Positions 12,916 to 26,836 of a stretch of 64,000 nucleotides of DNA are shown here, piece after piece. Origin of the DNA: Rotaria socialis (lineage: Eukaryota). The translations under genes were made by a program, and so were the position numbers. The notes under the pieces were generated by a model. The model saw only the letters and a program-made list of their open reading frames with translations. It was not told the origin of the DNA and made no database searches. The stretch is from contig CAJNYD010000214.1 in NCBI GenBank assembly GCA_905331295.1, positions 62,001 through 126,000 on the forward strand. The letters are read 5' to 3'. Within the stretch, counting starts at the first letter, position 1. Each line of letters starts with the position of its first letter.

Positions 12916-14829
12916 TAGTAATGTTAGTTGATTGTTGTCATTGTTTTATGTAACATAATCATTAGCGAAATCTGCCCCATCGTATTTATCGACTAGATTC
13001 CATTATGGAGTAAACATAAAAGAACATTAGTTTGCCACCGCTAACGTATGAGAAATAAAAATGGTTATATTTAATGTGGTATAATGAAAAGCGACTATTA
13101 AAAGAAAAAAAAGAATACGAAAGAAAAATGTTATTCGACGACTGAAAGTTATAAATAAAACGGCAGTTATGAAAGTGTGATGGTGTGTTTTGCATAAAAA
13201 CCCACCGACAACATGCGAAAGACAGGTTAAATTTTATCAAAAACAAACAGCTCTTTTTTTCTCTTTCTTTACATAATCGATTGTCTTCTATCAACTCCTC
13301 ACTAAATACACCAGCGGCATGACTATTTCTTATCTTCATATGTTCGAGTCAACAAGAAAGAAAACGATTAATGCTCCATTCTGTTTTTTTTATTCCATCT
13401 TTTTTTTCTTTTTCTTCGCCTTCTCCGCCTCCTCATGGTTCCCTTTTTTTTCTTCTTTTTTTTTGCAGAGAATAACATTAGTTTTCAATGCCACTTTGTG
13501 TGCATTCTGTCTCATTCGGCTGACAACTTTCTCGTATCTTTATGTCATACGACGAAAAAGAGAGAGAGAGAGAGAGAGCGGACCAAAAGAAAAAAGAAAG
13601 GAATAGAATTAAGTATGAGCATGCACATAGAACATGAAAGAAGAAATAATCTTTTACATTCACTCATTTTCTATTTTTATCATTATGTTGATGTCTATCA
13701 ACAATATAGCTCAATATTTACTCGGAAGAAAAAAAAATACAAGACAAGTTTACCTAGAGTCTATGGGCGCCACGAGAACAAATCAGCAACTAGTCATTGA
13801 ATATGGTCGACAATGCAAATAATGGCAGTGACTTCTAGAACTTCGCGTATATGTTATTCATTAAATTGTATATAGGGTCATATCGCCTTGAGCGCCAAAA
13901 GTGTAAAAAGCACACCTATCATTTGTCTAAACGAAACAAATTTTATTACGTGACATATATTTATATGTACAAGAAGAAAGAAAGAAAGAATTGTTGAACA
14001 CATTCAATTGAACAAATAGCATCAGATGTATCAAAAAATGTGTTGATGAAAGAGACCGAGTTAATATGACCGGTATCATCTATCGATTGAAAAGAAGAAA
14101 TATTTACATGCATACACATGCATATATACATTAGCCTAGGAGACATATACTTCGTTTATTTTTCGTGCATAATAAAAACAACAAACCGAAAGAATAAAAC
14201 TATTCGATAGTGGGATTTATACGTGTAGTCAGTATATTGCCTACAGGCAATGGAAGTGTTACTAGACCATAAGATTGAATATTTGATGACAGAACGCACA
14301 CTTGAAAATTTGTTCGCTTCAAGATTAAAAGCGAATTGTACACAACAAGAAAGACTATTTGAACAACACACACACAAAAAGATGAATAATAATTATTGCT
14401 ATTTAAAACTATTCAACATTGTTTTAGTTGTGTTATTTTTTGTTATGTACCAAAGATATATCTATTGATCTAGCATTTTTTAAAGTCGACTCAAAACGTT
14501 AGATTCACGTGATGACCTCAGTTGTGACTAAATTAAATTCTATCATGTAATTGTGATAAAAAAAAATTGTTTCTTTTACATTAAATTCAAAATAAATCAG
14601 CACTATAACATAATATTGAAAAGATCAAAGTTTAATCAGATTTAAGTGGAATTTTTGACTTAAAAATAAAGGTTATCGTCGGTTAAAGTCTCTAAAATCT
14701 GCCAATTTCTCAGATTTCATTTTGAAAAGGTTAATAAGATAGAGCATAAGCTGTTACATGTTTGCTTTCGAATAGAGAGAAAATATTTAGAGTACAGAAA
14801 AGCCATTGTGGGGGCCTCTTAACTCGTTG

Positions 14830-15150
14830 ACCGTTTTCGATAATAACTATGGCAACTATAATCGTCTTTCTTGTTGATTTAACGTAAACACGCATTGCGT
14901 AAATTAACTTAAGTTTTCATGCTCTACGCAATGACATGTTACTTAATTTATGCACGATTCGAGATATGCGATTTCGCACTTATACAATTCCCATAGATAA
15001 TCTCAGGCAAAAGTTCATGGTTAACATGATCACTATGTTATTTGGTAGAGCATGAAGGTCTTTTACGACGCATATATTATTATTTCTTTTCATATCGGAC
15101 ATGCAAAAGAGAAAATTATAGTTACCATACGTATTATCAGATACGCCCAA
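14830..15150. repeat. Degenerate inverted repeat, probable old MITE
   Basis: gataataactatggcaactata (~14839) versus tatagttaccatacgtattatc (~15117); termini and TSD not resolved. Confidence 0.35.
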
Positions 15151-16731
15151 TATTGATAGACTACCAAATCTATTTAATCCCGTAGGACTTTATCTTGTAT
15201 TCAGCAAAAGGAAACAACAAAATAGAGGTGCAAAACTTCATAGTTTCTCTCTCTCTCTCTATGTTGTTAAGAGTAAAAAATAAAGTAGTGATAGATTTAC
15301 CAACTTATTTTTTGATGTTCTTTACATAAGAGTTAATTGTTAAAAAATCATGCAAAACCAATTTACTTTTACAACTTGTAATTACCTTCGATGTGAATTG
15401 TGATCGATTGAACTCCAACTAGTGTCGATTGATGACGACAATCAATAGATCGTGCCTTTGAATAAAAAAGTTAATCATACAATCGGACGAACGAAAGAAG
15501 TTCATGTTAAAATCATACTGCAATTCATATCTCAACATTCTCCTATCGTAAGGTTCTTATCTTCGAAAGGCGAATTGTAAAGAATGAACAAAATTGAAAT
15601 AAGCCAAGGTTCAATGATAGATTATACAATCATGAAACATTGTGTTCAAAATATCAAACATGTACACAGAGAAACTAACTATCAGAATATATTCGTCTAT
15701 TTATGCATAGCATAAATTAACGATAAATAGAATTTTCTATAGAATTCAAATAGTAACATGTTCAATAGAGACTGCGTAGTTCCCAATCTAAATCACTGAT
15801 CTTGTTTTACCACGCAATCTATTTGGATCTCATTCAAATATATGCAGATTTAACATTTTATATTTAAATTCATCAAGCAGTTGCATTTTATTTATTGAGC
15901 TAAAGTATTTGACACAATAAATATTTTAGATTGTGATTTTTAAGTCATCTAGGGAAATGATGAAAATAGCATTTATGATAATTCTTATTATTTTCAGATG
16001 GACAGATGTTTTCTCTTCTTATATAACTCGCAACCATTTTAGCATAATTTGACAGCAATGATTTCATTGAAGCAAATAATTATTCAAATTATAAATTTCA
16101 GTTTAACGAATGATCAATATACACATTTAATTAATACTGACTCTCTGTAATTGCAACTTCCGTTTTTTTTTACCGACTGAATCCATATCAAATTTAGACT
16201 TCTCAATGAACTTACACTTTTCATTGATGTTAATTTAATTGTAATTGAACCAAATAAGACCTTCCTTTTATTAAATAAAGTTATAATTAATCGACAAATT
16301 TGTTCATGTACATTAGTATCATAACTGGTGCTTGTTCTCATGTCAATAATACATTTACAATCCATGTTTAATAAAAATCTAAAATAATTAGAACGTAATC
16401 GATAATTCACAATTAGATATTTCTGATTAACTCGAATGCTTATTGGTCGAAATATTCAACAAATCAAAACTTAACGAACGGACTCCAAACTAAATGTTAA
16501 CAAAAATACTTTTTTAAGAAAAAAACAGTTTTTAATCTAGATGTGAGCTTGAAAAATATTCTTTTAACAATCAGTAATGATGTTGTTTATTTTTGATGAT
16601 TCGAACCAATCGGTCAGCTGCTGATTGTTTATGCCCATTAACGTATCACACGGAGAGTAAACTGCGTTTTTAGACTCATTTTACTTTTCGTCCTCAGTCA
16701 TCTATATCGTACAAACGAACAAAAAAGGAAA

Positions 16732-18060
16732 ATGATTCCTGCAAAAATTATTTTAAAATCAGCTACTAAGTTAACTCTTAACGAAAGGTATATATATATA
16801 TTAATTTTTTGAAAGAAAAAAAAAAAGAATATCATTCATTTGTCTCAACTAGATTTGGTGAAATTGCCAAACAAGCTCCTCTGGCACCTCGTATTGAACA
16901 ACAAACTAGTGTAATTATACCTAAATCTCGACGAGATTTATTTGGAAATAAACAATCAGCAACACAAAAAGCTGCAAATCAACTTAAAAAAGTAAATATC
17001 AAGAGATCATTTTTATAAGTTTAGAATTGAATTTGAATTTTTTTATCACCCTATTTTGAAGAATTATACTTATTACTGTAAGCAAATGACGAAGAAGAGA
17101 GAAATTACGACTTGATTAACCGTTTTTTTTTTGAATGATTTCACCATGAATATGAAAGTAATGACATGCCATTACTTTCCTAAATTATAATTCAACAATT
17201 AGTTTACATTTTCAAGGCATTTGAGTAATGAAAATAGTAGTGGAAGGTATTTCATCATAACATAGAATCCTTATAGCTACCATATGATAGAATTATTTAT
17301 CCACTGATATTTATAGGACCTGTGAGGAAGAAATTTTGTTAATATTGAAAATATGTTTCGGCTAAATATGAGTAGTTAAATTAATATTGGTATGCTTTCT
17401 TTTAGCGAAGTATTAACTATCGACTTGGTCTTGGTGGCAATAATAATAATAATAATAATAATGCTCCTGCTTTCAATCGTCAATATGCAGCTCCGAAGCC
17501 ATCACGCATTTTTCAACGTCTTAGCTATGGAAATCGAAGACGTGGTGGTGGTGCTAATTCGTATTTATTTGGTGGCCAAAGTGGTATGGGTTTACGACTT
17601 CGAGGGCAAGGTCGAGTTGGAAGTATGTTTAACAGTATATATGATCATTCTTATCTATGAATAATTATTTGATTAGCACGTGTATTTCATTCTCGAACAC
17701 GTGGTTATTTAAATAATAATACAGTTAGCCGATTCGGTGGTTATTCAAGACGGGGAAGTAATAATAATAAAATTAACAATAATAATAATCGTGGTCGACG
17801 TTTCGGAAATAAGTAAGATAAAATAGTTGATTTTGTGTACTAAAATAATAAAAATACTCAATTTGTTTTCTAGACAAACTCGTGGCCGTCCTGGTGGAAA
17901 TAAAAATGTTACCAGAGGGCGCGGAAATGGTCGAAACCAAAATAGAAAAAATAATAATAATAATACAAGCCTCACAAAAGAAACTCTTGATAATGATATT
18001 GAAAGTTATATGGCTAAAACCAACATTGATAATAGTTCAATGGACATAAACGCTGTTTAA
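16732..18060 (+). CDS. CHTOP: Chromatin target of PRMT1 (Friend of PRMT1) homolog; 5 exons
   Basis: N-terminus MIPAKIILKSATKLTLNER|F resembles CHTOP PKVVLKSTTKMSLNERF. RG/RGG- and Asn-rich middle. C-terminal FoP motif LTKETLDNDIESYMAKT. Introns 16788..16852, 16992..17405 and two short ones near 17623 and 17812. Confidence 0.85.
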
Positions 18061-20162
18061 TTATCAAAATAATCGAGGGAAAAAACAACCAACAATTGTC
18101 TTTGTATACTTACTGTTTGTGTGTATGCGTGACTACGACGATGGACTCTTGTCTCTTTATTTCCTCCTTTTCTCCTTTTTTTTTAAATTTACCAACATAT
18201 ATATATATATACATATATATATGTATATGATGAAATATTATATTTACACCATCATCGCTAGAACAAGACAAATTAAAAAGCGTATGATGGCATTCATTTG
18301 TTTTGTTTATTATTGATGTTATGTAATAAATTCTTTGTCGAAAACATTATTGTCAAATATTTAACGTAGAAAAAAAAATTAGAAGAAAACATGTCAGGTT
18401 TTGGTGTTTAGTCTCAATGGCAAGTCTTCAATCGGGGTAAAAATTTATCATTTATATTAATTTAATAAAAAAATATTTCTATTACTTTTCTTTCAACAAT
18501 AGATGCCGACGATGATGATGATGAGAAAAAGGAAGAGAGATTAAAAGTACTCGATTAGTTTGAGAATTTCAGAGAAAAAAGATTTTTATGATCTGAACAA
18601 AATTGGTATTAAATTTCATAGGTAAGATAAATCCGATTGATTATGATTGTTTTAGGATATCTTGTAAATGAAGTTGTTGTAAGAAGCTCTAGAAATCTCT
18701 TAGGTAGACACGTTCGAATTACCTTTTTTCGGATCAATAGGAAATTTCAAAATGAGTAAAAAAAAAGAATTCGCTATCAGTAACCATCGCAATCAATTGA
18801 GAATTTTGTTGCTCAATATTTGTCCCAGCTTTCCTCAAGAAATCAAAAGTAGGACGTGATATCTTTATCGTAAGGAAGACTGCAAAGACTTGAATTCACT
18901 TTCTAGTAGACTAGTTTCAATTGGAAAAATTCCCTCGGCAAAGAGCACTACAGAAATTAGTAGAATCTATTTTAATGTCCTTCATACATATTTATGGTGC
19001 ACTAATTTTGAATAAAGGACGAAAAACAAATTGCATTTAAATGGCAATGGAAACAACTGTTGCCAGTTTTTATACTATTTGTTTCTTTAATTTATCTTGT
19101 ACTGTATCAGTAACAAAACTAGATGAAGTATAACTTTCGATTAGAGATGCCAAGGTCTTATGGCTCGCATAGAAACAAATTTTTAGTCTCACACTTCTCG
19201 AATTCTGATCCACTAGGATAACATGCGAGAAAGATTAGATTATTGCATGATTATAATTAGCCTTCATTTGTCTTTAGGATTAACTCGAAGTTTGACATTC
19301 GCATACACACTACATCATGCAAATTTAGTATCGGTAAAGAAAATATAGATTTTGATACAAACAAAAATTTTATTCTATTTAAACGATATTATCAAACTAT
19401 ATTATGACGAGATGACCTGCAAATGATTTTAATACCAAATTTGATGCATAATTTAGCTAAGAAAACATGATCAACGAGAATCGATGTTTCTTAAAACATA
19501 AAAATTACACATTGTTTTGAATAAGTAAACATAAATCTGTAATAAAATTTCATCGATATCGGTAAGTATTTTTCTTGAATTTTCAATAATATTCAATGAA
19601 GACAAATATGAATGGAACATCGTACTGCATTGTTTCCTGTGGATTTCGTTTCAGTTTTTTCGTTATAGTGATCAAATACAAAGCGAACAGCTTGTTCTTT
19701 GTCGACGAAATACAATGAAATAAGTAAGTGAAAATGCTTGAGTTTTATTTTAGGAAACTTATCCTTGAAAAACTATTGAAATTGAAAATCTTGACATTTG
19801 ATAGAAATCTAATCTAATTCATCTTGACTCATTTTTTATTTATTTTCTAGGATTTTTTATTTTGATTATTATATTAATTAATTAACAAATATATATTTTG
19901 AAAAGAAACTTCACAGTCGATTTATTGGTTGCTGTCTTCAAATGAATCAATGCAAAAATTGTTGATGAACTATTCAATAAATAATTCGCTTTTTTTTGTT
20001 TCGCAAAAATTCTGTTGGCATATGTATTTCGTTTTTTGTATTAAAGACAAAATGTATTCATTTCGAAAAAAAGAAAGTATTTTAATGAAAACAAAGAAAA
20101 ATGACAAAGCATTGTGCTTGTTTGAAATTAAAGAGGATATTTTATACAATATGAGTTTAATG

Positions 20163-21467
20163 TTAATCCTGATCCTGAGATATATTAGAAGTGATTGCTG
20201 ATACACTTGCATTTTCAGGAATGTGACCGTTGGTGTTCGATGTTGATGATAGTTGACTATTTGATGCTCGTTTTTCAACTATACGACGTGATGGATGTCT
20301 TAATGGTGGTGATGTAGCAATCGGTTTCGGTTGTTTTGATTTTTCATATTTATAAGATTTGTTTTTCTTTGGTTCTTGTATAGTACTATCCACTGGATAA
20401 CTTGTTACGGATGTATTTGCCGAAGCGTGAGATTTATCTTGTGTTGTCGAACGATGCAAACGAGATTCTGTTTTATCCCAACGCTTTGAACTTGGCATCG
20501 TTGGATCGACTGTACTTGATCGACGACGACCAAGACGAGCGGGTGCATAAGATGGAATACAATTATAACCATTTAATCTCCCGTAACCCGATGAACCTTT
20601 AGTTACTAATCGAAGATAATCATCACTAAGATTTTCAGCTGAATAATGCTATACAGAAGAGAAAAAAAATTAATTAAGTGTTTTTCCTCACTCAGTTTAA
20701 CGAAATACTATGCTTGAACGTTTTTTAAACTTGGAAACTTTTGATAGACGATCATCTTGTTTAAATGAACTATTGGGATTATTATTTAATGATTGACGTA
20801 CAATATCCAAAACAATGGGCGATTGAAAAAAACGCCTCAAATGTGGATCATCAAGAGGTTCATATTCTGGTATAAGCGATGCACGACGACTTTGATGAGC
20901 AGCACGTACTGAATCATTAACAAATGATTCTTCACGTATACGTAATTCAGTTTCATTTTTAGATGGACCATAAAACTCAGCAGAACGTAATGTGACAGGA
21001 TAACCGAATTTAAGACGAGTTAATTTTGCTCCTGCTCTTAATGTGCCTCCAGGTGTCACCTACATGAGACATGACATATTCTTTACATAAAAATAAAATC
21101 TATTGTTTTTGTTTTCTGTTTTTTTACATACGGATCTACTTCGTCTTGATAATTCACTTATATTAGATTGTCGACTATGCGCACGTGGTTGATGTTGACA
21201 GGAATAAACTGATGTATCAGCTACTTTCGATGATATACTACTACCTTTAATACGTATTGAATTTGGACGTTTCACAGTCTTCTTTATTGGTGGTAATGGC
21301 ACATTTGAATTCCCACTAAGATCCGAAAATAATGATCGTCTTGGTTTCTGCTGTTGCTGTGGATTTGTTATTGTTGTAAGGACTTGCCGATGTTGCAATT
21401 TAGCTCTAGAACCACTGCTACTATTGTCTTTTGGATCATATTGATAACTAAGTGTGGCTATCTGCAT
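20163..21467 (-). CDS. Three-exon uncharacterised basic Ser/Arg-rich protein
   Basis: ORFs 21467..21060, 21059..20697 and 20498..20163 are joined by short GT-AG introns; exon 3 begins HYSAENLSDDY at ~20649. The YEPLDDPHLRRFF motif loosely recalls Y-x-x-L-x-D-x-H-L motifs of ciliary proteins such as FSIP2/ERICH3. Confidence 0.65.
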
Positions 21468-22283
21468 TGAATCATATAAGTTTAATAATTGGAATGTATT
21501 GTCTTTACTACAGTTAATGTTTTACACACAATGACGCCCTGCAAAAATTGCTATGTCAACACAATGTCTATATGTAAGTATGATGAATATATATATATAT
21601 ATGTATATGTATTTAACACTTGAGCACCATGCATACAATGTAAAAGTATGATGATGCCATTTGTTGGCAACAGCAGTTACGTTTTACTTTTTTCTTTGTT
21701 TATATTTTTTTTAAATATTCACACTTCAGTGAAAAAGAAGTTTTTACAAAAGACTTTGAAAAGAAGAGAATGATTTTATTTTTTTACCGAAGATAAATAT
21801 TTTTCGTATATCTTTAGTCATTAATTGACTGATTTAGGAAAGAAAGCTTTCTTCTTTTACTATGATGTTCCATCGATTCTTGTAAATTAATGTTGAAAAA
21901 GAAAGTTGATTTTATAAAAATGTATATTGAATGTGTGACAAAAGCGAGAAATTTGATGTTGAACTGTCATAGAAGAATTCGTTCTATAGTTCAAAATTCT
22001 GAACAGAATAATAATCTATCTAAAACAAACAAAAGAAATCAGATTTCTAGTATGAATGATTTTTAATGAACAAAATAATTACAATATATTTAGCATTATA
22101 TATTAACATTATCCTAGGAATTAATCAAAGTAAAAAGGATCTGAAAAAATTCGGCAAACGGTTATTTAGAGAAACCTTGAGATCTTTTTATATATAATAT
22201 GGACCTTGTCTTTGAATACCGTCAACTTACCTTTTATTTTACATTATATTTATAACAAGGTAACGCGACATTAGCGTCGCCAA

Positions 22284-24056
22284 CCCTCTACTGAAATGAT
22301 TCAATCACGTAGAACATAGCTATCCAAGTCTATCTGGCTAAGAGACTTCACATTTTATAGCTTCGAAATGATTTTCATGGAAAAAACGATTGATCACCGA
22401 GCATCAATAGAAAACTTGCTTGGAAGTATCACCAAGAAAACGACATTTAAGTACTAATTACTAGTACCATATGCCAATAGTGAAGTTAAGTGCATCCGAT
22501 CTGCTACAGCTCAAGTTATGCTCCGAAAACTTTCGATCAGCTTGATAATGGGGTGAAGAAAAAGACCCATTCAAGAGAACTATGATCGAAATACTCCATT
22601 TTAGTAAAATAGCAACTCAAATTGGTCTATGGACTAGATATTTAACATGAATTTGCACGAATAGATCAGCGATCTAATCAAAGTGACTTTTTCTAACTCG
22701 ATTTCCGTTAGCTTTGTCCTCATTTTTGCTCAAATTCATGTGGGCTCATTTTTTTTCCGTACGTTTTCGGTCTCTAATGCATATATGCATTCCCGGATAC
22801 AGGTTCGCAGATACAAAAATCGAACACTTCTATGTTTTCAATCAAATCCACTCGTAATCAAAAAAAAAACTTAGCTTATTAAGATATTCGCGGCAAATAT
22901 AAATTTCAAATATTTCGCGACTTCTCTTCGGAAAAACTTCAAGATATCTACCATTTTCGAAAATTCTTTCAACTTTTCTGGTCGAGACAACGTGTAGTTA
23001 TTCTATAAGTCTGCAAGGCCTGCAGCTGTAGTCTTATAATCACAACAGATTTTTAACTGAGCTACTAGTCGCCTCCACTAGTTTTGTTTCATATATGGGG
23101 TGAACGTGATCGTTTTAAACACTGCACAATTGATTGAAAGCTTCGCTTTATTCTATAATTATTAGATGAAAATAAAGAGAGTTTCCAAGGAACCCGAAAA
23201 CAACAGTTGTGGGACTAATTTAATTCAGTTTCATCTACATATGTGATAAATTCCTCACAATTTAGAGAAGAATAAGACAAGATTCCCAAGTACTTATACA
23301 GTTTGCGTACGTTCGTAGATGAGCTAATCTAGAATTCTAGGAGTTAAGTTTGAATAAATTCTTCGTGCTACAATAAAATTTGACATATCAAGAATAAACT
23401 GAAGACTTTGAAAAAAACCTTCAACACCTTAGTGCAGGTGAGCGACTATAGTCGTTGCCAAATTGAGAATCAATTTCACCGCAAGATGCCTATAGCCTAT
23501 TCGGAATAAGGTCTAAATGCTACTCCTAAATACTTTCGAAATACGTCACTCGTCAGTTGCTAGTGACTTAGTTTTACTTTTTCAAAAAGCTCATGTGTTC
23601 ATTCTGTGCGATAGACCTCTGTGCAACCGTCTTTGTTCATTAAAACACTCACCAAACTCTTTTGAAAAGCTACACTTGAAATCGTATAACTCCGCCCCAA
23701 AACATTTTGGTCAAACCTTATACAAAATCCTTTTTTTCCTAAAAAGAAGTAAAAAGCGAAACTTCAAAGGCGTGACCTCGGATTCGAGTTCCCTGATTCC
23801 GATTACTTACTGTCAATCCTCATAAAAAACTATTTTTTTCTAAAAAAAGTCTTTCTCTCTCCTAAAAAAAAGGAAAAAGCAAAACTTCAAAAAGCTAACA
23901 TCGAATTCGGATTCACCGACCCCGATTACCTTCGCTCAAAGCTTATAGGGAGTTTTCATGCGTGGGCTCAAAAAAACACATTTTTTCATTCTGTGCGAAC
24001 GAACGCACGAATGCAGTCAACTCGTTCCGACATAAGATCCTCCTTTCAGTAGAGGG
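22284..24056. mobile_element. 1.77-kb non-autonomous DNA transposon (CCC..GGG termini, 2-bp AA TSD; CMC/EnSpm-like)
   Basis: 13-bp TIR ccctctactgaaa (22284) / tttcagtagaggg (ends 24056), flanked by aa on both sides. Internal direct repeats at ~23760/23884 and ~23598/23985. No transposase ORF. Confidence 0.7.
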
Positions 24057-25931
24057 AATACTCAGTATTCTACGTTTGATATTCATACTATATCATACTC
24101 AGCATGTATCAATATATAAAACGATATGATGAATAAAGATTTTCTCAATTGTATTCCATTCATTAGGAAATAAATGAAAGATTTTTGTTATTTTTAAATA
24201 GACTTTTTTAATTTAAATATGAGCAACCTTTTAATTTATTGCAGTCTTCTATCTGCACGATAATTATTGAATGGTTTTCGACGGGATTAAGAAAAATCTT
24301 AAAGCAATCGAATAATTTAAAGCGAAGCGATGTTATATTTTATTGTTTCGTATTGCGAATTTGTTTTATCATAATTTATTTTTCAAGAATGTTCTTTTAT
24401 TTCGATTTACTTGAAACGAGTTTTCTTTGATGAAATAGTCTATTAAAGCAGTAATCGACAAAAAAATTCACAGATGAATCTCCACAAAAGATTTTTATTC
24501 AATAAATAAAACTAAAATTTTTCTAAAACGTTTTCATTACTTGGAAAGAACAAAACAATTTCTATTTGACAATAATCTTCTGAAAATATTTCATATTGAA
24601 TTTTCGATCGATAAAGAAATATTTTCGGAGTATAAAGAAACAGGGAAAATTTTTATTAGAAGATTTTAGAACTTTTTCTTATGTTTGAAATCAAATTATA
24701 ATTTAACAGAAGTCCATGCTCCATCATTTACAGTCATATGAAATTATCGACACAACTTACTTATTGATGTATCTAATAATTCTAATGTATTAAATAGATT
24801 GCTTTTGTCATGAAAACATTTTAATTCATGATTATATTTAAGTACAGAAGATATCAATAATTAAAACATCTTTACACCCATTCAATCAATTAATTTTGGA
24901 ACAATTTCAGATGAGCTATCTCTTTTTTATACGGTTTTATTAGACATTTTCTGGTCCCTTCACTGATATATTACAGTAGTTTCTTCGGTGTAGTGGCGGC
25001 AAAGTCATTGAAACTCGTGATACTTGAGTGTTACCTAAATTCCAGCAGATGAAGCTTATATGGTCTCACTTGATTTCTGACTGAATATTGTTATTTTTCT
25101 CCTCAGAATGTGCTATGTTAAACATCTATCAAATTCATAATAGATACTCTCATATATATATATATCTGTGCCATAGTGAGATTCGTTGATCTTTCATGTT
25201 TTTTTCTTTCCACTGTTCTTCTATCGTACCGATGACAAAAGCTCGTTTAAATAGTGTTTTTTTGACTCATGTATTTACAAAGAAAAGACAGATTTTATCG
25301 ATTTCAAAAGTATTTGATTGATTTTTGCATCAAATAGAAAAAATTATCTTTTGGTATTTTCTAGTCACTGTTGTTTTATGTTAACAATTTTTGATTTCTG
25401 CTACAATTCAATCGAAAGAAGACTTTTATTCTGCCTGATACTTTGATATCATTTGATGGCAACAAAAAAGAACAACAATCGTGAGCCTCATCTAGTTTAA
25501 TGAGTCTATATCATCTCTGTTTCGATAGGTTTTGCAGTGCTTGACATATACAGTCTGAAGTTGTTCGACGTATACATATTAGAATTAATTAACTTTCTAA
25601 TCATATAAAATGAGTGAAGATTTTCAACTTCAGTTGTTCACGTAAGAAAAACTTCGCAAAAGAAAACGTTTCAATAAGATTATGAAACAATTTCCTAAGC
25701 TTAAAAATAGTTGTTTACGAGTGACTTTAATGAAAATGCGTCTCATCGAGATATGTACATAATATTATAACTTGCAAATAAATATGATTAACAATCCACC
25801 CACATATAAATGCTGGGCAACAGATTTTCATATAGAAAAAAAAGTAGCAAAACATCAAATTTATATTCTTTCTAATCAGAATATACATTCTTGGTGGTTT
25901 ATTTCATCTTGAAAGTTGCCACGTTCGAACG

Positions 25932-26369
25932 ATGAGTTTACGTAATCGCGCATTACGTTGGCTGCAAATAATTCTTACACTTTTCTATGGACAAGTTATT
26001 TCTACGGCTATATATGAATATACTATTCAAGGTATTTGTGGCTTAATACTCAGTTTTCGACCAATGTATGATTCGGTTCTGCTGATTGTTCTTGGCGTAT
26101 TTATGTTTTTATTTGTTATATATGCAATACCTGCTGTATGGTTTTGCCATTTACAAATGTCTATTATATCTGTATTGATACTAATCGCAATTTTTATATT
26201 AACATCGGTGAAAGCTTTTATCGAAGTAAAATATATGGGACAACATTCTATACGCATCGAATGGGCTACTATCCGAATAGTAGAACTTGTGCTAAGAATA
26301 TTGGGCATAGTAGCTAGTGTGCTATTCGTTATGTGCCTAAAAAAAGGTTATAAACCAGAAAATTTTTAA
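25932..26369 (+). CDS. Single-exon 145-aa protein with ~4 predicted transmembrane segments
   Basis: Clean ATG..TAA ORF with four hydrophobic stretches; TATAAA at ~25805; AATAAA just after the stop. Confidence 0.75.
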   Translation: MSLRNRALRWLQIILTLFYGQVISTAIYEYTIQGICGLILSFRPMYDSVLLIVLGVFMFLFVIYAIPAVWFCHLQMSIISVLILIAIFILTSVKAFIEVKYMGQHSIRIEWATIRIVELVLRILGIVASVLFVMCLKKGYKPENF

Positions 26370-26836
26370 GTTAAAACTTCATTTTAAATAAATAAATTAT
26401 TAAATAAATTTTCTGTAAATTTCTAATAAAATTAAAAAAAATGAAATTTTACAAACGAAGTTTAATAGTACCATTTGAAGTTAAACTTCATGTTCAATCG
26501 AATGTGGATGTCTATGCCCATGAGTATGATTTTGCTTAGTTTTGAAATGATTTTCTGTTGATTCACTATTGATTTTAGCTAAGGGTTTACTACGACTAGA
26601 GTTCTAGCCCATGAGAAATCATCGCCAGCATCAATAAAAGCAGATTGAAATATAAAATTTAGAAATCGTTTTTCATATTCGTCTGGTTCAATAACAGAAC
26701 CTTGACTTTGATGATTAGGATTGGTCATTTGTTTTAATTTTTGTTCCAAAGATTTACGACTATCGTACTCTTGAAGCATATCAATAATAGCAAAATACAA
26801 ATAAACACGTTGATCACTCTTATTTATAATACCTGG

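Noticed and set aside
12986..14468. Cluster of short ORFs upstream of the calmin-like gene
   Set aside because: Dominated by homopolymer and (GA)n tracts giving Phe/Lys/Arg-biased translations; likely UTR or promoter sequence.
24700..24920. Protein-like minus-strand stretch (IVPKLID*MGVKMF...VNDGAWTSVKL)
   Set aside because: Multiple stops and no identifiable family.
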